A stretch of DNA of 36,715 nucleotides from a virus (IMGVR_UViG_3300010376_000083:1-36715); one strand, 5' to 3'. Shown: positions 1 through 8,180, numbered from the stretch's first letter. Notes: a model not told the origin generated them from the letters alone. A program made the numbers and translations.

Positions 1-78
1 ATTGCGGGGGAAATTTCGTAGCAGCCGGTACCGAAGTTGTCGGGGAGTGGTCGAGGTCCATCTCGAACTGAAGAGAAA

Positions 79-123
79 TGGTGAGCCCGCTGGGACTCGA
101 ACCCAGGACCCACGCCTTAAAAG
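79..123 (-). repeat. att site: duplicated 3' half of tRNA-Lys (anticodon loop to CCA)
   Basis: TGGTGAGCCCGCTGGGACT(C/T)GAACCCAGGACCCACGCCTTAAAAG matches 36573-36617 at 44/45 positions (mismatch at 98 vs 36592). Confidence 0.95.
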
Positions 124-367
124 AGCGTGCGCCACGCCGGAAACGGCGTCGTTCGACTTCCACACCCTGCAAAACCCGCCTCGGTTGATTCCCCTGATAC
201 GCTCCAAACCCTAACATTCCCCAATAGCGCCCCGTCAATCCCCCGAACCTCATCCGTTACGTGGAAAACCCGTACAGGTCCCACACTGCGGTAACCGAGT
301 AACAGTTACACGATCTTTCGCGGGCGTCGCTCGACGCGATCGCGCGCACTTTTCTCGCATTTCGTAT

Positions 368-389
368 ACACAAATTCTAGAATTTGTGT
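368..389. promoter_or_regulatory. Perfect 22-bp palindrome, probable operator for the plus-strand cassette
   Basis: ACACAAATTCT-AGAATTTGTGT is its own reverse complement; AT-rich; about 45 bp upstream of the ATG at 436. Confidence 0.6.
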
Positions 390-435
390 TCTACTGTTCT
401 TTCAACCAATCCCGACCCGAAAGGACACCACGAAA

Positions 436-690
436 ATGCAGATCACCGAAACCAGCAGACAACTCCTCAAGCGATACGCCGAGGATGCCGGCAATTGGAG
501 CGGCATGCCCCTTGTCGGCGGAAACGTCGGCGGATCGAAAGAGGATCGCGGCAACCTCACGCAGCTCAAACGCGCCGGCCTCATCACGACCGACGTCGAC
601 GAGGGTTGCACCTGGCTGATCTTCACCGCGGCCGGCCGAGCCTACTGCCAGGCCGAGTTTGGCATCGATCTCCATCGCTTCGACTACTAG
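436..690 (+). CDS. Hypothetical protein (84 aa), possibly winged-helix-like
   Basis: AAGGA upstream of ATG; protein-like composition; LTQLKRAGLI...LIFTAAGRAY resembles a wHTH C-terminus. Confidence 0.7.
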   Translation: MQITETSRQLLKRYAEDAGNWSGMPLVGGNVGGSKEDRGNLTQLKRAGLITTDVDEGCTWLIFTAAGRAYCQAEFGIDLHRFDY

Positions 691-745
691 CGCCACGCAC
701 CTCAACCGTGCCGGCGCGTATCACCGGCAAAAGGATCGATCGCAA

Positions 746-1243
746 ATGAAAACGATGCTGCTCAACTTTGAACACCGGCCGAGCGAAAAGCCCCTGCGCG
801 TAAAAGTCGTCGGCGAGATCTCGACGGGTTTCCTCGTCGAGTTTCAACCGATGCGCGGCTGCGCCCCCGAGCAAGAACTGCTCACCAAACGCGCCGACGG
901 CGCCCTCGTCAATGTGCACGGCTGCACGTTTGTGATCGTCAAGGCCGATCGCCGGCCGAAACCGTACACCCTGACCTACACCGGCGTAGACGGCCGCGAC
1001 GTGCACAAATTCGCGACGCTCGCCGAGGTACAGAAATACGTGCGCGATCGTTGGCAAGGCGTCGAGTACATGCACAGTGGAGATCCGGCGCCGCGCGCCT
1101 TTCACACCGACTACGGCCGCTACCACCTGGCCGGCTGCACCCTGGCCGATCTCGGCCGGCGCCGCTCGAGCGATCCACACTCAGACGAGTTTTGGGATTG
1201 GACCTGGCACGAGCTCGAGCCCTCGGCCGCCAATGCGCGATAA
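746..1243 (+). CDS. Hypothetical protein (165 aa)
   Basis: In-frame ATG at 746 of ORF 659..1243 with AAGGA upstream; stop overlaps the next start. Confidence 0.7.
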   Translation: MKTMLLNFEHRPSEKPLRVKVVGEISTGFLVEFQPMRGCAPEQELLTKRADGALVNVHGCTFVIVKADRRPKPYTLTYTGVDGRDVHKFATLAEVQKYVRDRWQGVEYMHSGDPAPRAFHTDYGRYHLAGCTLADLGRRRSSDPHSDEFWDWTWHELEPSAANAR

Positions 1244-1688
1244 CCCCGTCAGTCAAAAAGAGCTCGCCGGCCGCGGATGGATTTGCACCCGCCGCGGCCT
1301 CGGCAAGCACGCCCGTTACGCGCACCGCGACGGATGGATGCTCGAGCATTGTGGACACGCGACCGCGCTCACGCCTTGGATACTTCGCGATCGCGACGGC
1401 CGCATGATCCTAACCGGCGCCGCCGGCGAGCACAAAAATCCTGAGTTTGGTACGGCCTGGCCTACACTGAGAGCTGCGACCGATTACGTCGCGACTATCA
1501 CGATGAAAATCGATCTCTCAAAAATCAGCGACGCAGATCTCGCGCGCGAGTGGACTCGGCGTCTCAACCTAAAACGCGATCCAAAAAACGCCGGCCGCAA
1601 AAAGACAATCAAACCGTGCCCCTATTGCGGCGAGCCATTCGGCGCGCGCGATCTGCGCCTGCACGTTCCCCACTGCCCCAAACGCTAA
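1233..1688 (+). CDS. Hypothetical protein with C-terminal C2HC-type zinc finger
   Basis: ATG at 1233 overlaps the previous gene end; ends with CPYCGEPFGARDLRLHVPHC after a basic AGRKKT patch. Confidence 0.7.
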   Translation: MRDNPVSQKELAGRGWICTRRGLGKHARYAHRDGWMLEHCGHATALTPWILRDRDGRMILTGAAGEHKNPEFGTAWPTLRAATDYVATITMKIDLSKISDADLAREWTRRLNLKRDPKNAGRKKTIKPCPYCGEPFGARDLRLHVPHCPKR

Positions 1689-1723
1689 CCAGCACAAAGC
1701 AAATCTAACCAGCACAAAGCAAA
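1685..1723. repeat. Tandem direct repeat, 2 x 19 bp
   Basis: CTAACCAGCACAAAGCAAA at 1685-1703 and 1705-1723. Confidence 0.9.
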
Positions 1724-1760
1724 AAGACGCGCGCCCCTCGAGGCGCGCGTTGCTATTTTT
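1721..1760. terminator. Probable bidirectional intrinsic terminator between convergent genes
   Basis: Stem ACGCGCGCC (1727-1735)/GGCGCGCGT (1742-1750), with an A-run on the left and a T-run on the right. Confidence 0.75.
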
Positions 1761-1777
1761 CAGTTGTCGAGCGACCG

Positions 1778-1789
1778 CTTAAAAGAGCG
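1778..1789 (-). repeat. Second copy of att core (12 bp)
   Basis: CTTAAAAGAGCG is identical to 116-127 and lies 7 bp past the recombinase stop codon. Confidence 0.55.
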
Positions 1790-1796
1790 ATCGCCG

Positions 1797-3089
1797 TCAG
1801 CGCACGGCCGTCGCTCCACGCCGGCGCCGCGCTGGGCGCGCCTCCGGCGCATCTCCCGCCTCGCCGCCCGCGAGTGCAGCGCGTGGAGCGACGCCGTTGA
1901 ATGATCCGGCCGGCGCCGCGATCGGCATGGGAATGCCCACGCCTGGCGCCAGACTCGCCACGCCTGGCGCATAACTCGGCGCCTCGGCATTCATCCAGGC
2001 CGCCGCGGCCCATCGCCGTTTCGATTGCATCGAGATCTGCGTGTAATGCTGCTGCATGGCCGGCCGGATATGCCCCGCGAAACTCATAATTACTTGGATC
2101 GGCACGCCCGCCTCGGCCATGCGCGTTATGGCCGAATGCCGCAGCCCGTAGGGCGTGAGCCAATCGATCCCCGAGGCCGCGCGAACCTCATCCCAGGCCC
2201 GGCGCAGGCCTGAGACCGTCATCGGCCGCAAGGCGTCGTAATGATCGCTCGTGATGTGAAACGGAAACAGATAACAATGCGGCCCCGAGGCGCCAAGCAT
2301 CTTGGCGCGATCGATCAGCGCGCCGAGAGCCCAGGTCACCTCCTGAGTCTGTAGCGGGATCGTGCGGATGCGAAAACGATTTTTCGCGCCCTCCGAGCGG
2401 ATCTGCAGCGTGCCTTGATTGAGGAAAATATCGCCCAGGCGCAGAGCGCGCATTTCATTGGTCGCGGCCGTCGTCTGCAGCGCCACGATCGAACACCAGT
2501 ACACCACGCGCCAGGCCTCGCGCGAGCCGGCCGCGGCGATCCATCGCCGCTGCTCCTCGGGCGTGAGCGCGCGACGCACGTCGGCCTCATCGGGCGAAAC
2601 TAGCTCGACCATTTCGTCGAGCACATCGCTCCAGGCGCCGGCGGCGCGCATGATCCGGATCACGAGCTGCACTTCTTTCAAAATCAGATTGGCGCCCGCC
2701 GGATGATCCCAGGGGTTTTTGACAATCTGCCGGCCGCCCCCATCTTCGACGATCAGACGGTTAGTCGCCCTGGCGCGTTGAAACTCGCGGATGTGCCCGG
2801 CATGGATCTCGGCGAGCGTGAGCTCGTCAAAGAACCTAGCCGCGGCGCGTGCGTACTGGCGCAGATCGCGCTCGGTACGATCAGAAATGTATTTAACCTT
2901 GCGCATCCGCTCCCCAACAGATGCACCCTCGATTACCCTGCGCCCGAGCCACATTTCAAACGCTTCGCGAAACTTGAGCTCGGGCGTCAACTCGCCCGCT
3001 ATCACTTCCCCCGACCCCCTGCACGCAGGGCAATTCTTATGCCCCGGCGTGTGCACTGCGTAATTTGTGGTGATGGTTGTTGGGTCCAT
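1797..3089 (-). CDS. Tyrosine recombinase/phage integrase family protein with an atypical active site
   Basis: KN-x3-IRTIPL, YLFP, PYGLRH, AGH-x7-HY motifs; box I reads LQTTAATNEMRAL (no Arg); N-terminal CPACRGSG; GGAGG RBS before ATG 3089. Confidence 0.9.
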   Translation of the reverse strand: MDPTTITTNYAVHTPGHKNCPACRGSGEVIAGELTPELKFREAFEMWLGRRVIEGASVGERMRKVKYISDRTERDLRQYARAAARFFDELTLAEIHAGHIREFQRARATNRLIVEDGGGRQIVKNPWDHPAGANLILKEVQLVIRIMRAAGAWSDVLDEMVELVSPDEADVRRALTPEEQRRWIAAAGSREAWRVVYWCSIVALQTTAATNEMRALRLGDIFLNQGTLQIRSEGAKNRFRIRTIPLQTQEVTWALGALIDRAKMLGASGPHCYLFPFHITSDHYDALRPMTVSGLRRAWDEVRAASGIDWLTPYGLRHSAITRMAEAGVPIQVIMSFAGHIRPAMQQHYTQISMQSKRRWAAAAWMNAEAPSYAPGVASLAPGVGIPMPIAAPAGSFNGVAPRAALAGGEAGDAPEARPARRRRGATAVR

Positions 3090-3282
3090 AATCAACCTCC
3101 CTAGAGTGCGGGTTCACCCACTAAAGTTGTATGAACCCCCGCAAAGCCTGGCACAAACTGCATACTCGCGTTAGCACAATTGCCCACTCGATACCATGAG
3201 CCAACGCATAGAAGCAAGCCAAACTTTACACAATAGGTGATTTACAGCCCCATACCGTTACACCCCTTTCGTTTTTTCGCTT

Positions 3283-3440
3283 GGTTTAAACCTCGGTTAA
3301 ACCGTCCCATAATGCGGCCCGCAGGCCGCGAGCGTCCCACATTGCGCCGCTGTACTTTCGCTCTAAGTACCGCATTATGTGACGGTTAAGGTTTTCTTAA
3401 GGTTATCCGTAAAACTTTCGTAAAGTACCCTTCGTAAAAC
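3283..3440. promoter_or_regulatory. Repeat-rich non-coding control region upstream of the recombinase
   Basis: 18-bp inverted repeat 3300-3317/3370-3387 (17/18 match); palindrome GGTTTAAACC 3283-3292; three CGTAAA direct repeats in 3406-3440. Confidence 0.55.
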
Positions 3441-3459
3441 CCCCCGCGGCGTTTTCCGT

Positions 3460-3726
3460 CTAAAACAAACTCGCCGCCCTCTGCTGCACTTTGAGCCAAA
3501 GAATCGTGCGCCGCCGGCCGGCCGCATCCTGAGAAACGACAAAGTGCTCGCCGTCTAAGAGCCACACAAACGAGCCATAGATGCCAGGGCGCAGCTCGCC
3601 GATCGCGTCGGCCTCGACGAGCTTGCGCAAGAGCTCGAGCTGCGCCGGCGAAAGATAGCGCAGATTAGATGCGACCCCATCTTGCCGGCGCGAAAATATC
3701 TGATCGATGAATGCTCGAGCCGTCAT
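3460..3726 (-). CDS. Hypothetical protein (88 aa)
   Basis: ATG 12 bp after the upstream stop, co-oriented, plausible composition. Confidence 0.65.
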   Translation of the reverse strand: MTARAFIDQIFSRRQDGVASNLRYLSPAQLELLRKLVEADAIGELRPGIYGSFVWLLDGEHFVVSQDAAGRRRTILWLKVQQRAASLF

Positions 3727-3738
3727 TGCGGGACCCCT

Positions 3739-4239
3739 CTATTGCGCGTGCACGACTTGCAGATTCGCGGGCGGAAAGTTGCCCGTCACGCCCGTAGTGC
3801 AGTTGCTCGGACCCGACTCACCCCCATTCACGAGAGCCGTTACGACATAAGAGTACGTCTGCCCTCCGCTTACTGCCGTGTCGTAGAAGGGCGCCGCGGC
3901 CGTATAGCTTGGCGCGTTGAGCGTGCTCTCGAGCACCCAACCACTCGCGACCACGCCCCCCGGTTCCATCGCAGCCGGCAGCGTCGCGGGACACGTGCCC
4001 GTGATCTTGTACACGTTGGTTGTGCCAGGATTGCCGGCGACCGAATCGATCGACGCACCCCAGGCGAGCGCGACGTAGTGGCCGGCCGGCGCCGTCGTCG
4101 CCGCGGCGATCGGAGTTACGGCCGGAGCATGCGTCGCGATCCTCGGCGGCGCAGGCCTGCGCGGCTGCGTCGGCTGCTGCGCGTGCGCTACAAACAAAAA
4201 GGCGAGCGCCAGGGCGCCCGCCGCGAAACGGAATCTCAT
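3739..4239 (-). CDS. Exported fibronectin type III/Ig-like protein
   Basis: Signal peptide MRFRFAAGALALAFLFVAHA; Pro/Ala linker; VALAW...NVYK...YDTAVSGGQTYSYVVTAL...ESGPSN is an FN3 pattern; AGGAG RBS. Confidence 0.8.
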   Translation of the reverse strand: MRFRFAAGALALAFLFVAHAQQPTQPRRPAPPRIATHAPAVTPIAAATTAPAGHYVALAWGASIDSVAGNPGTTNVYKITGTCPATLPAAMEPGGVVASGWVLESTLNAPSYTAAAPFYDTAVSGGQTYSYVVTALVNGGESGPSNCTTGVTGNFPPANLQVVHAQ

Positions 4240-4294
4240 TGTCTAAATTCTCCTGTCGGTTGAGATATGGCCCGAAACTACCCGAAACTTGCCC

Positions 4295-4318
4295 CACATT
4301 TGACCCAGGAGCTCGCCG
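4295..4318 (-). promoter_or_regulatory. Conserved 24-bp element, copy 1
   Basis: CACATTTGACCCAGGAGCTCGCCG matches 25717-25740 at 22/24; both copies are intergenic and upstream of minus-strand genes. Confidence 0.55.
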
Positions 4319-4335
4319 CGGCGCCGGCCCGAGCC

Positions 4336-4626
4336 CTAGATACCTTTCTTTTGCCGCTCGATCCGGCGACGGCGTAGCGCCAGGCCGCGCAGCTCGATCG
4401 CGAGACGCGAGAGCTCGCCGGCGAGCTCCTCGAGCTCCGCGGCCTCACACGTGAGCACCCGGCCGCGATCGAGCGCGCCGACGCGATCGGAGATCCGCGA
4501 GAGCTCGCGGCGCAGATCCGGCCAGGCGAGCGCGCGAGAGAGCTGCCAGATCACAAGCCAGGCGCGCACCTGGCCGGCCAGATCGGCCGCGGCGACGGCC
4601 ACGACGACGATCACGATCTCGCGCAT
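4336..4626 (-). CDS. Hypothetical protein, hydrophobic N-terminus and coiled-coil C-terminus
   Basis: ATG abuts the tail-tip stop codon; MREIVIVVVAVAAA N-terminus. Confidence 0.6.
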   Translation of the reverse strand: MREIVIVVVAVAAADLAGQVRAWLVIWQLSRALAWPDLRRELSRISDRVGALDRGRVLTCEAAELEELAGELSRLAIELRGLALRRRRIERQKKGI

Positions 4627-7600
4627 CTATGCGAGCCCCACAAAGGTAAACGAGCGATTGGTCGACGTGACCGTGACCGAGGCCGTCGTCATAGCCTCCA
4701 CCTCGAAGACGTGCGAGCCGGCCGACGGCGTCGGCGTGACGAGCGCGAGCTCGTACAAGTTCGCGTGACCCGTCGAGTCTGTCGTGATCTCGAAAGGCCC
4801 CATGATCACGCCCTCGTCCATCAAGACTTGGACAAAGATCGGCGCGCCGCTCGTCGGCGTCGTGCTCGCGCCGAGCGTGCAGGAATAACTCACCGTGCCC
4901 GTCGAGTATCCCGAGTCACCGTTGGAGTTAGTCGTGACCGTCGCGGTCGCCGTCGTGTACGCCGAGCCCCCGGTAATGTGCACCGTCGGCGTCCAAGTAA
5001 AGATCGGCCCCGAGCCCGTCGGCGTCCACGATACCGAGGCCGAGGCGCCTGTGCCGTCGCCCGAGATCGAGATCGTGATCCCCGGAGGCGCCGTACCTGT
5101 CGTCGCGCCTGGCGAGAAACCCGAGATCCCCGTCACCGCGCCGCCCGAGGCGATCGCCGCGAAGTTGAGCAGAATCGAGACGAGCGCCGGCTGGCCGTCG
5201 CAGGTAATCGTCATGCCGGGATCGCTTCCGCCGACGCCTGACAGATCGGCAAACGACGAGCCTACCGTAACCGAGCTCGAGCTGCTCGCCGTTCCTGTCG
5301 AGCCCGAGAAATGCCGCGGCCGCGGCCCGTGCGCTGCCGTCGAGGCCGTCACCCAGGCCGACGCCGCTCCGTCGGCGCGCACCGCGCGAATCTGCAAATT
5401 CATCGTCTGCGTCGACGGCACATTGTCGATGTAACAATTCGTCGAGATCCCCGAGAGTTTGCCGGCGTCGATCCATTGCGACGTGGCCAGGCCGCCGGCG
5501 ACCGTGATCGTGAGCGGCGAGCTCGAAGGTTGGCTGCCGGCAGCCCACACGAATTGATACTGCAATTCGATGTGCCCGCCATTATTGACGCCGTTGTCGA
5601 GCGGAGGCGTCCACTGCACGAGCGCCCGCGGGATCAGCGTCCCATCGCTGCCGATGGTCGCCGTATTGGCGTCATCGGTGATCGTGAGCCCCGTCGGTAC
5701 CGGCACGACGAACGTGTTGCCCTGGCCTTGAAAAACCGGAATGTCGTATGCGTTGAGCTCCTCTTGCGTCGGCGTCCAGTTATAGACGCTCGGATCGGTC
5801 TCGGCGACGTCGAGCTCGAGCCAGGCACTCGGCGTCTCATCGTTGCCGCGCTTCGATACGTGAAACGTGACCCCAATCACCTCGAGCTGCTTATTGACCC
5901 AATTCACCGGCGCCGCGAGATTGAATTGGAAAACGTCCATCGGCTGCATCTGCCAGGCCGCGAGCGAGCAGATCAGCTTGCCCGAGCCCTGCTGCCGGTT
6001 GCGCAGCAAGATGATCTTTGCCACGCGCTGCGCCTGCGCGATCGACAATACGCACGGCTGCTGCACCTCTTTCGGCAGCACGATGCCGCCGTCTTGCTGC
6101 AGGTAGACGTCGACGCCGGCGCCGTAGCCGTGCAGCGCGTCGGCCGCGTACATCGGGTAATTCGACGGCTGAAAGGCATACGGGAAATTGTTCTGCGTCT
6201 GCCCAAGCCAATACCCGTTAGTGTCGTATAAGTCGCCGGCGACGTTGTAAGGGTAGTTAGCCGCGATATAAGTGCCGACGACGCGGTTGCATAACTCCGA
6301 GATCGGGCGATACGGCTGCCACTGCACGGCCTCGAGCAGCACATTTTCATCGAACGTGAAACTCGGCCCTTGCCAATACGCCGGCCAGATGTACCACTGC
6401 CCACCGATGCGCGAGAGCCGGCCCGCGGCTGCGTCCATCATCTGCGCGATCGCGTCGCCTGGCGACGTGCCCGTATCGTAGTGCCAATTGAGCGTATAAC
6501 GCGACTCGGGTTTCGAGAAAAGCACTTTCGAGCCCGAGACAATGGTCGGCGAGGCGCAGGTCACAGCCTCATCGCACACGTTGGCCGCGGCGATCAGTTG
6601 CGCTTGATTCACGGAGTTATCGCCCAGGCCCCAAGTCGCATCCGTGATCGCATCGGCAATGTGCAAAGCCCAATTGTTTGTATATCCACGCGTGCTCGTG
6701 CGCGGATCGTAAATATCACACTTACCGCGGATGGTCGCGCGGATCTCGGGAAACTGCGGAAACTGACCCGAATCGGCCTTGATGTTGATATAGCAGTACG
6801 CGATCCCGCCTAAGTACGGCGTGCCGTCGCTATTGGCCGCCCAGGTTGAATCCTGCGCATTGAGCGCCGTCGCGAAACCTGTCGTCGCGTTCTGATCGCC
6901 GAAATACGGCCAGCACTGCACGAGATTGCCAAAGACATAATGCAAACCATTCGGCCCGATATAGGTCGACCCGTCGGCCGTGCCGCCAAAGAGAAACGCG
7001 CCGTCGATGTACACCGTCGCATGGGTGTAACCCGTCCCGCCATTAGTCAAAGTGATATTGATCGGCAGCCCGCTCTGAATGTTGGCCGTCGCCGTCGCGC
7101 CCGTGCCGTCGCCGACGATGCGCACGCGCGCCGGAATAACCGTCGATGCGCCGAGGCCCGACGAGTATCCGGCAAAATACCCGCCCCCGCTGCCGGCCGT
7201 GAGCGCCAGGCCGGTTATCACGCCCCCCGAGATCGTCGGCGTTACCGTCGCCGGCGTCGCGACCTGGCCGCACGCGATGTTACCGCTCGAGCCCGGATAC
7301 CAGACGACCTGCCGGCCGTCGAGATAGAGATTCGTGTATGCGTCGATCTGATGCGTCGCAAAGGCGACGATCATGTTGTAATGCGAGCGATCGTCGCCCG
7401 TCGTCGAGCAGTAAACCATCGTGCCGCCGACGCGCTGCTCGCCGCGCACGATCTGGCGCAAGGCCGCGGCCTGGCGCGTAGTGACGCCGACGCCGCTATT
7501 CGAGCCGAGCGCCGCGGCGATCGCGCCGGCCTCGGTTGCAATGCCGGCCGCGATCAGCATCGAGCCGAATACCTGGCCGCCAGGGATAAACTCGAGCGCC

Positions 7601-7644
7601 ACGCCCGCGGCGATCTCAAACGCTCCGACGATCGCTTTACTCAT
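4627..7644 (-). CDS. Tail tip/central tail fibre protein (gpJ-like)
   Basis: 1005 aa; RQIVRGEQRVGG, IYDPRT, NNWALHIAD, AAANVCDE motifs of tail tip proteins; FN3-like and Gly/Thr-rich C-terminus; follows the NlpC-like gene. Confidence 0.85.
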   Translation of the reverse strand: MSKAIVGAFEIAAGVALEFIPGGQVFGSMLIAAGIATEAGAIAAALGSNSGVGVTTRQAAALRQIVRGEQRVGGTMVYCSTTGDDRSHYNMIVAFATHQIDAYTNLYLDGRQVVWYPGSSGNIACGQVATPATVTPTISGGVITGLALTAGSGGGYFAGYSSGLGASTVIPARVRIVGDGTGATATANIQSGLPINITLTNGGTGYTHATVYIDGAFLFGGTADGSTYIGPNGLHYVFGNLVQCWPYFGDQNATTGFATALNAQDSTWAANSDGTPYLGGIAYCYINIKADSGQFPQFPEIRATIRGKCDIYDPRTSTRGYTNNWALHIADAITDATWGLGDNSVNQAQLIAAANVCDEAVTCASPTIVSGSKVLFSKPESRYTLNWHYDTGTSPGDAIAQMMDAAAGRLSRIGGQWYIWPAYWQGPSFTFDENVLLEAVQWQPYRPISELCNRVVGTYIAANYPYNVAGDLYDTNGYWLGQTQNNFPYAFQPSNYPMYAADALHGYGAGVDVYLQQDGGIVLPKEVQQPCVLSIAQAQRVAKIILLRNRQQGSGKLICSLAAWQMQPMDVFQFNLAAPVNWVNKQLEVIGVTFHVSKRGNDETPSAWLELDVAETDPSVYNWTPTQEELNAYDIPVFQGQGNTFVVPVPTGLTITDDANTATIGSDGTLIPRALVQWTPPLDNGVNNGGHIELQYQFVWAAGSQPSSSPLTITVAGGLATSQWIDAGKLSGISTNCYIDNVPSTQTMNLQIRAVRADGAASAWVTASTAAHGPRPRHFSGSTGTASSSSSVTVGSSFADLSGVGGSDPGMTITCDGQPALVSILLNFAAIASGGAVTGISGFSPGATTGTAPPGITISISGDGTGASASVSWTPTGSGPIFTWTPTVHITGGSAYTTATATVTTNSNGDSGYSTGTVSYSCTLGASTTPTSGAPIFVQVLMDEGVIMGPFEITTDSTGHANLYELALVTPTPSAGSHVFEVEAMTTASVTVTSTNRSFTFVGLA

Positions 7645-8113
7645 AGTGCCAGGCCCTCGCGATTGCGGTTGAGATTGCGCCGGTTTGCTCGTCTACTTCC
7701 GCGATCGGAAAACGAAACAGGCCGCCCGGCCCCACGGCGACGATGTGCCGGCCCGCGAGATGCACGAGGCCGGCGATGAGATTGGCGCCGTTCTGAAACA
7801 CGACGAGATCGCCGCGCTGCGCCATGAGCGGAAATTTCCACTCGACGAGGCCGTGCTTTTCGGCGCAATAGACGGCCGCATCGGCGACCGTCGAGCCCCC
7901 GCACACCGCGGCGATCCGCGCCAGGGCGCCGGCCTCGGTCGTATACGTGCCGCGAAACTCTTGGGCGATATCGACGCCGGTAATCGCCTCGATGCCGTCG
8001 GCCGCAAATAGGGCGCAATCATTCTCGCCCCATTTAAACGGCGCCGATCGGCGCGCGAGCAAAAACTCGTGAAACGCCGTCGTGTCCCAATGTTGTACAC
8101 GTGGAAGTGACAA
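7637..8113 (-). CDS. NlpC/P60-like tail assembly protein (gpK position)
   Basis: PFKWGENDCALFAAD and AQRGDLV motifs; immediately upstream of the tail tip gene; TTG start. Confidence 0.8.
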   Translation of the reverse strand: MSLPRVQHWDTTAFHEFLLARRSAPFKWGENDCALFAADGIEAITGVDIAQEFRGTYTTEAGALARIAAVCGGSTVADAAVYCAEKHGLVEWKFPLMAQRGDLVVFQNGANLIAGLVHLAGRHIVAVGPGGLFRFPIAEVDEQTGAISTAIARAWHYE

Positions 8114-8125
8114 GGAAAGCCCCCG

Positions 8126-8166
8126 AAAAAGAAAACGGCCGGCGCGCGAGATCCTGGCGCCGGCCG
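8126..8166 (-). terminator. Intrinsic terminator after the 997-aa gene
   Basis: Minus strand CGGCCGGCGC-loop-GCGCCGGCCG followed by TTTTCTTTTT. Confidence 0.75.
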
Positions 8167-8180
8167 CTTTGCTTGGCTGC

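Noticed and set aside
79-128. Second tRNA gene
   Set aside because: Only the anticodon arm, T arm and 3' acceptor strand are present; no D arm or 5' acceptor strand, so it is an att duplicate
2-214. 70-aa ORF across the left att
   Set aside because: It is a translation of the antisense tRNA fragment (GEPAGTRTQDPRLKR), a common spurious ORF
3149-3163. Sigma-54 promoter (TGGCAC...TGCA)
   Set aside because: GG to GC spacing is 8 nt, not the required 10
3300-3390. dif/Xer site suggested by CATAATG and TTATGT
   Set aside because: The half-sites are not arranged as 11-6-11 and the XerD arm TTATGTTAAAT is not matched
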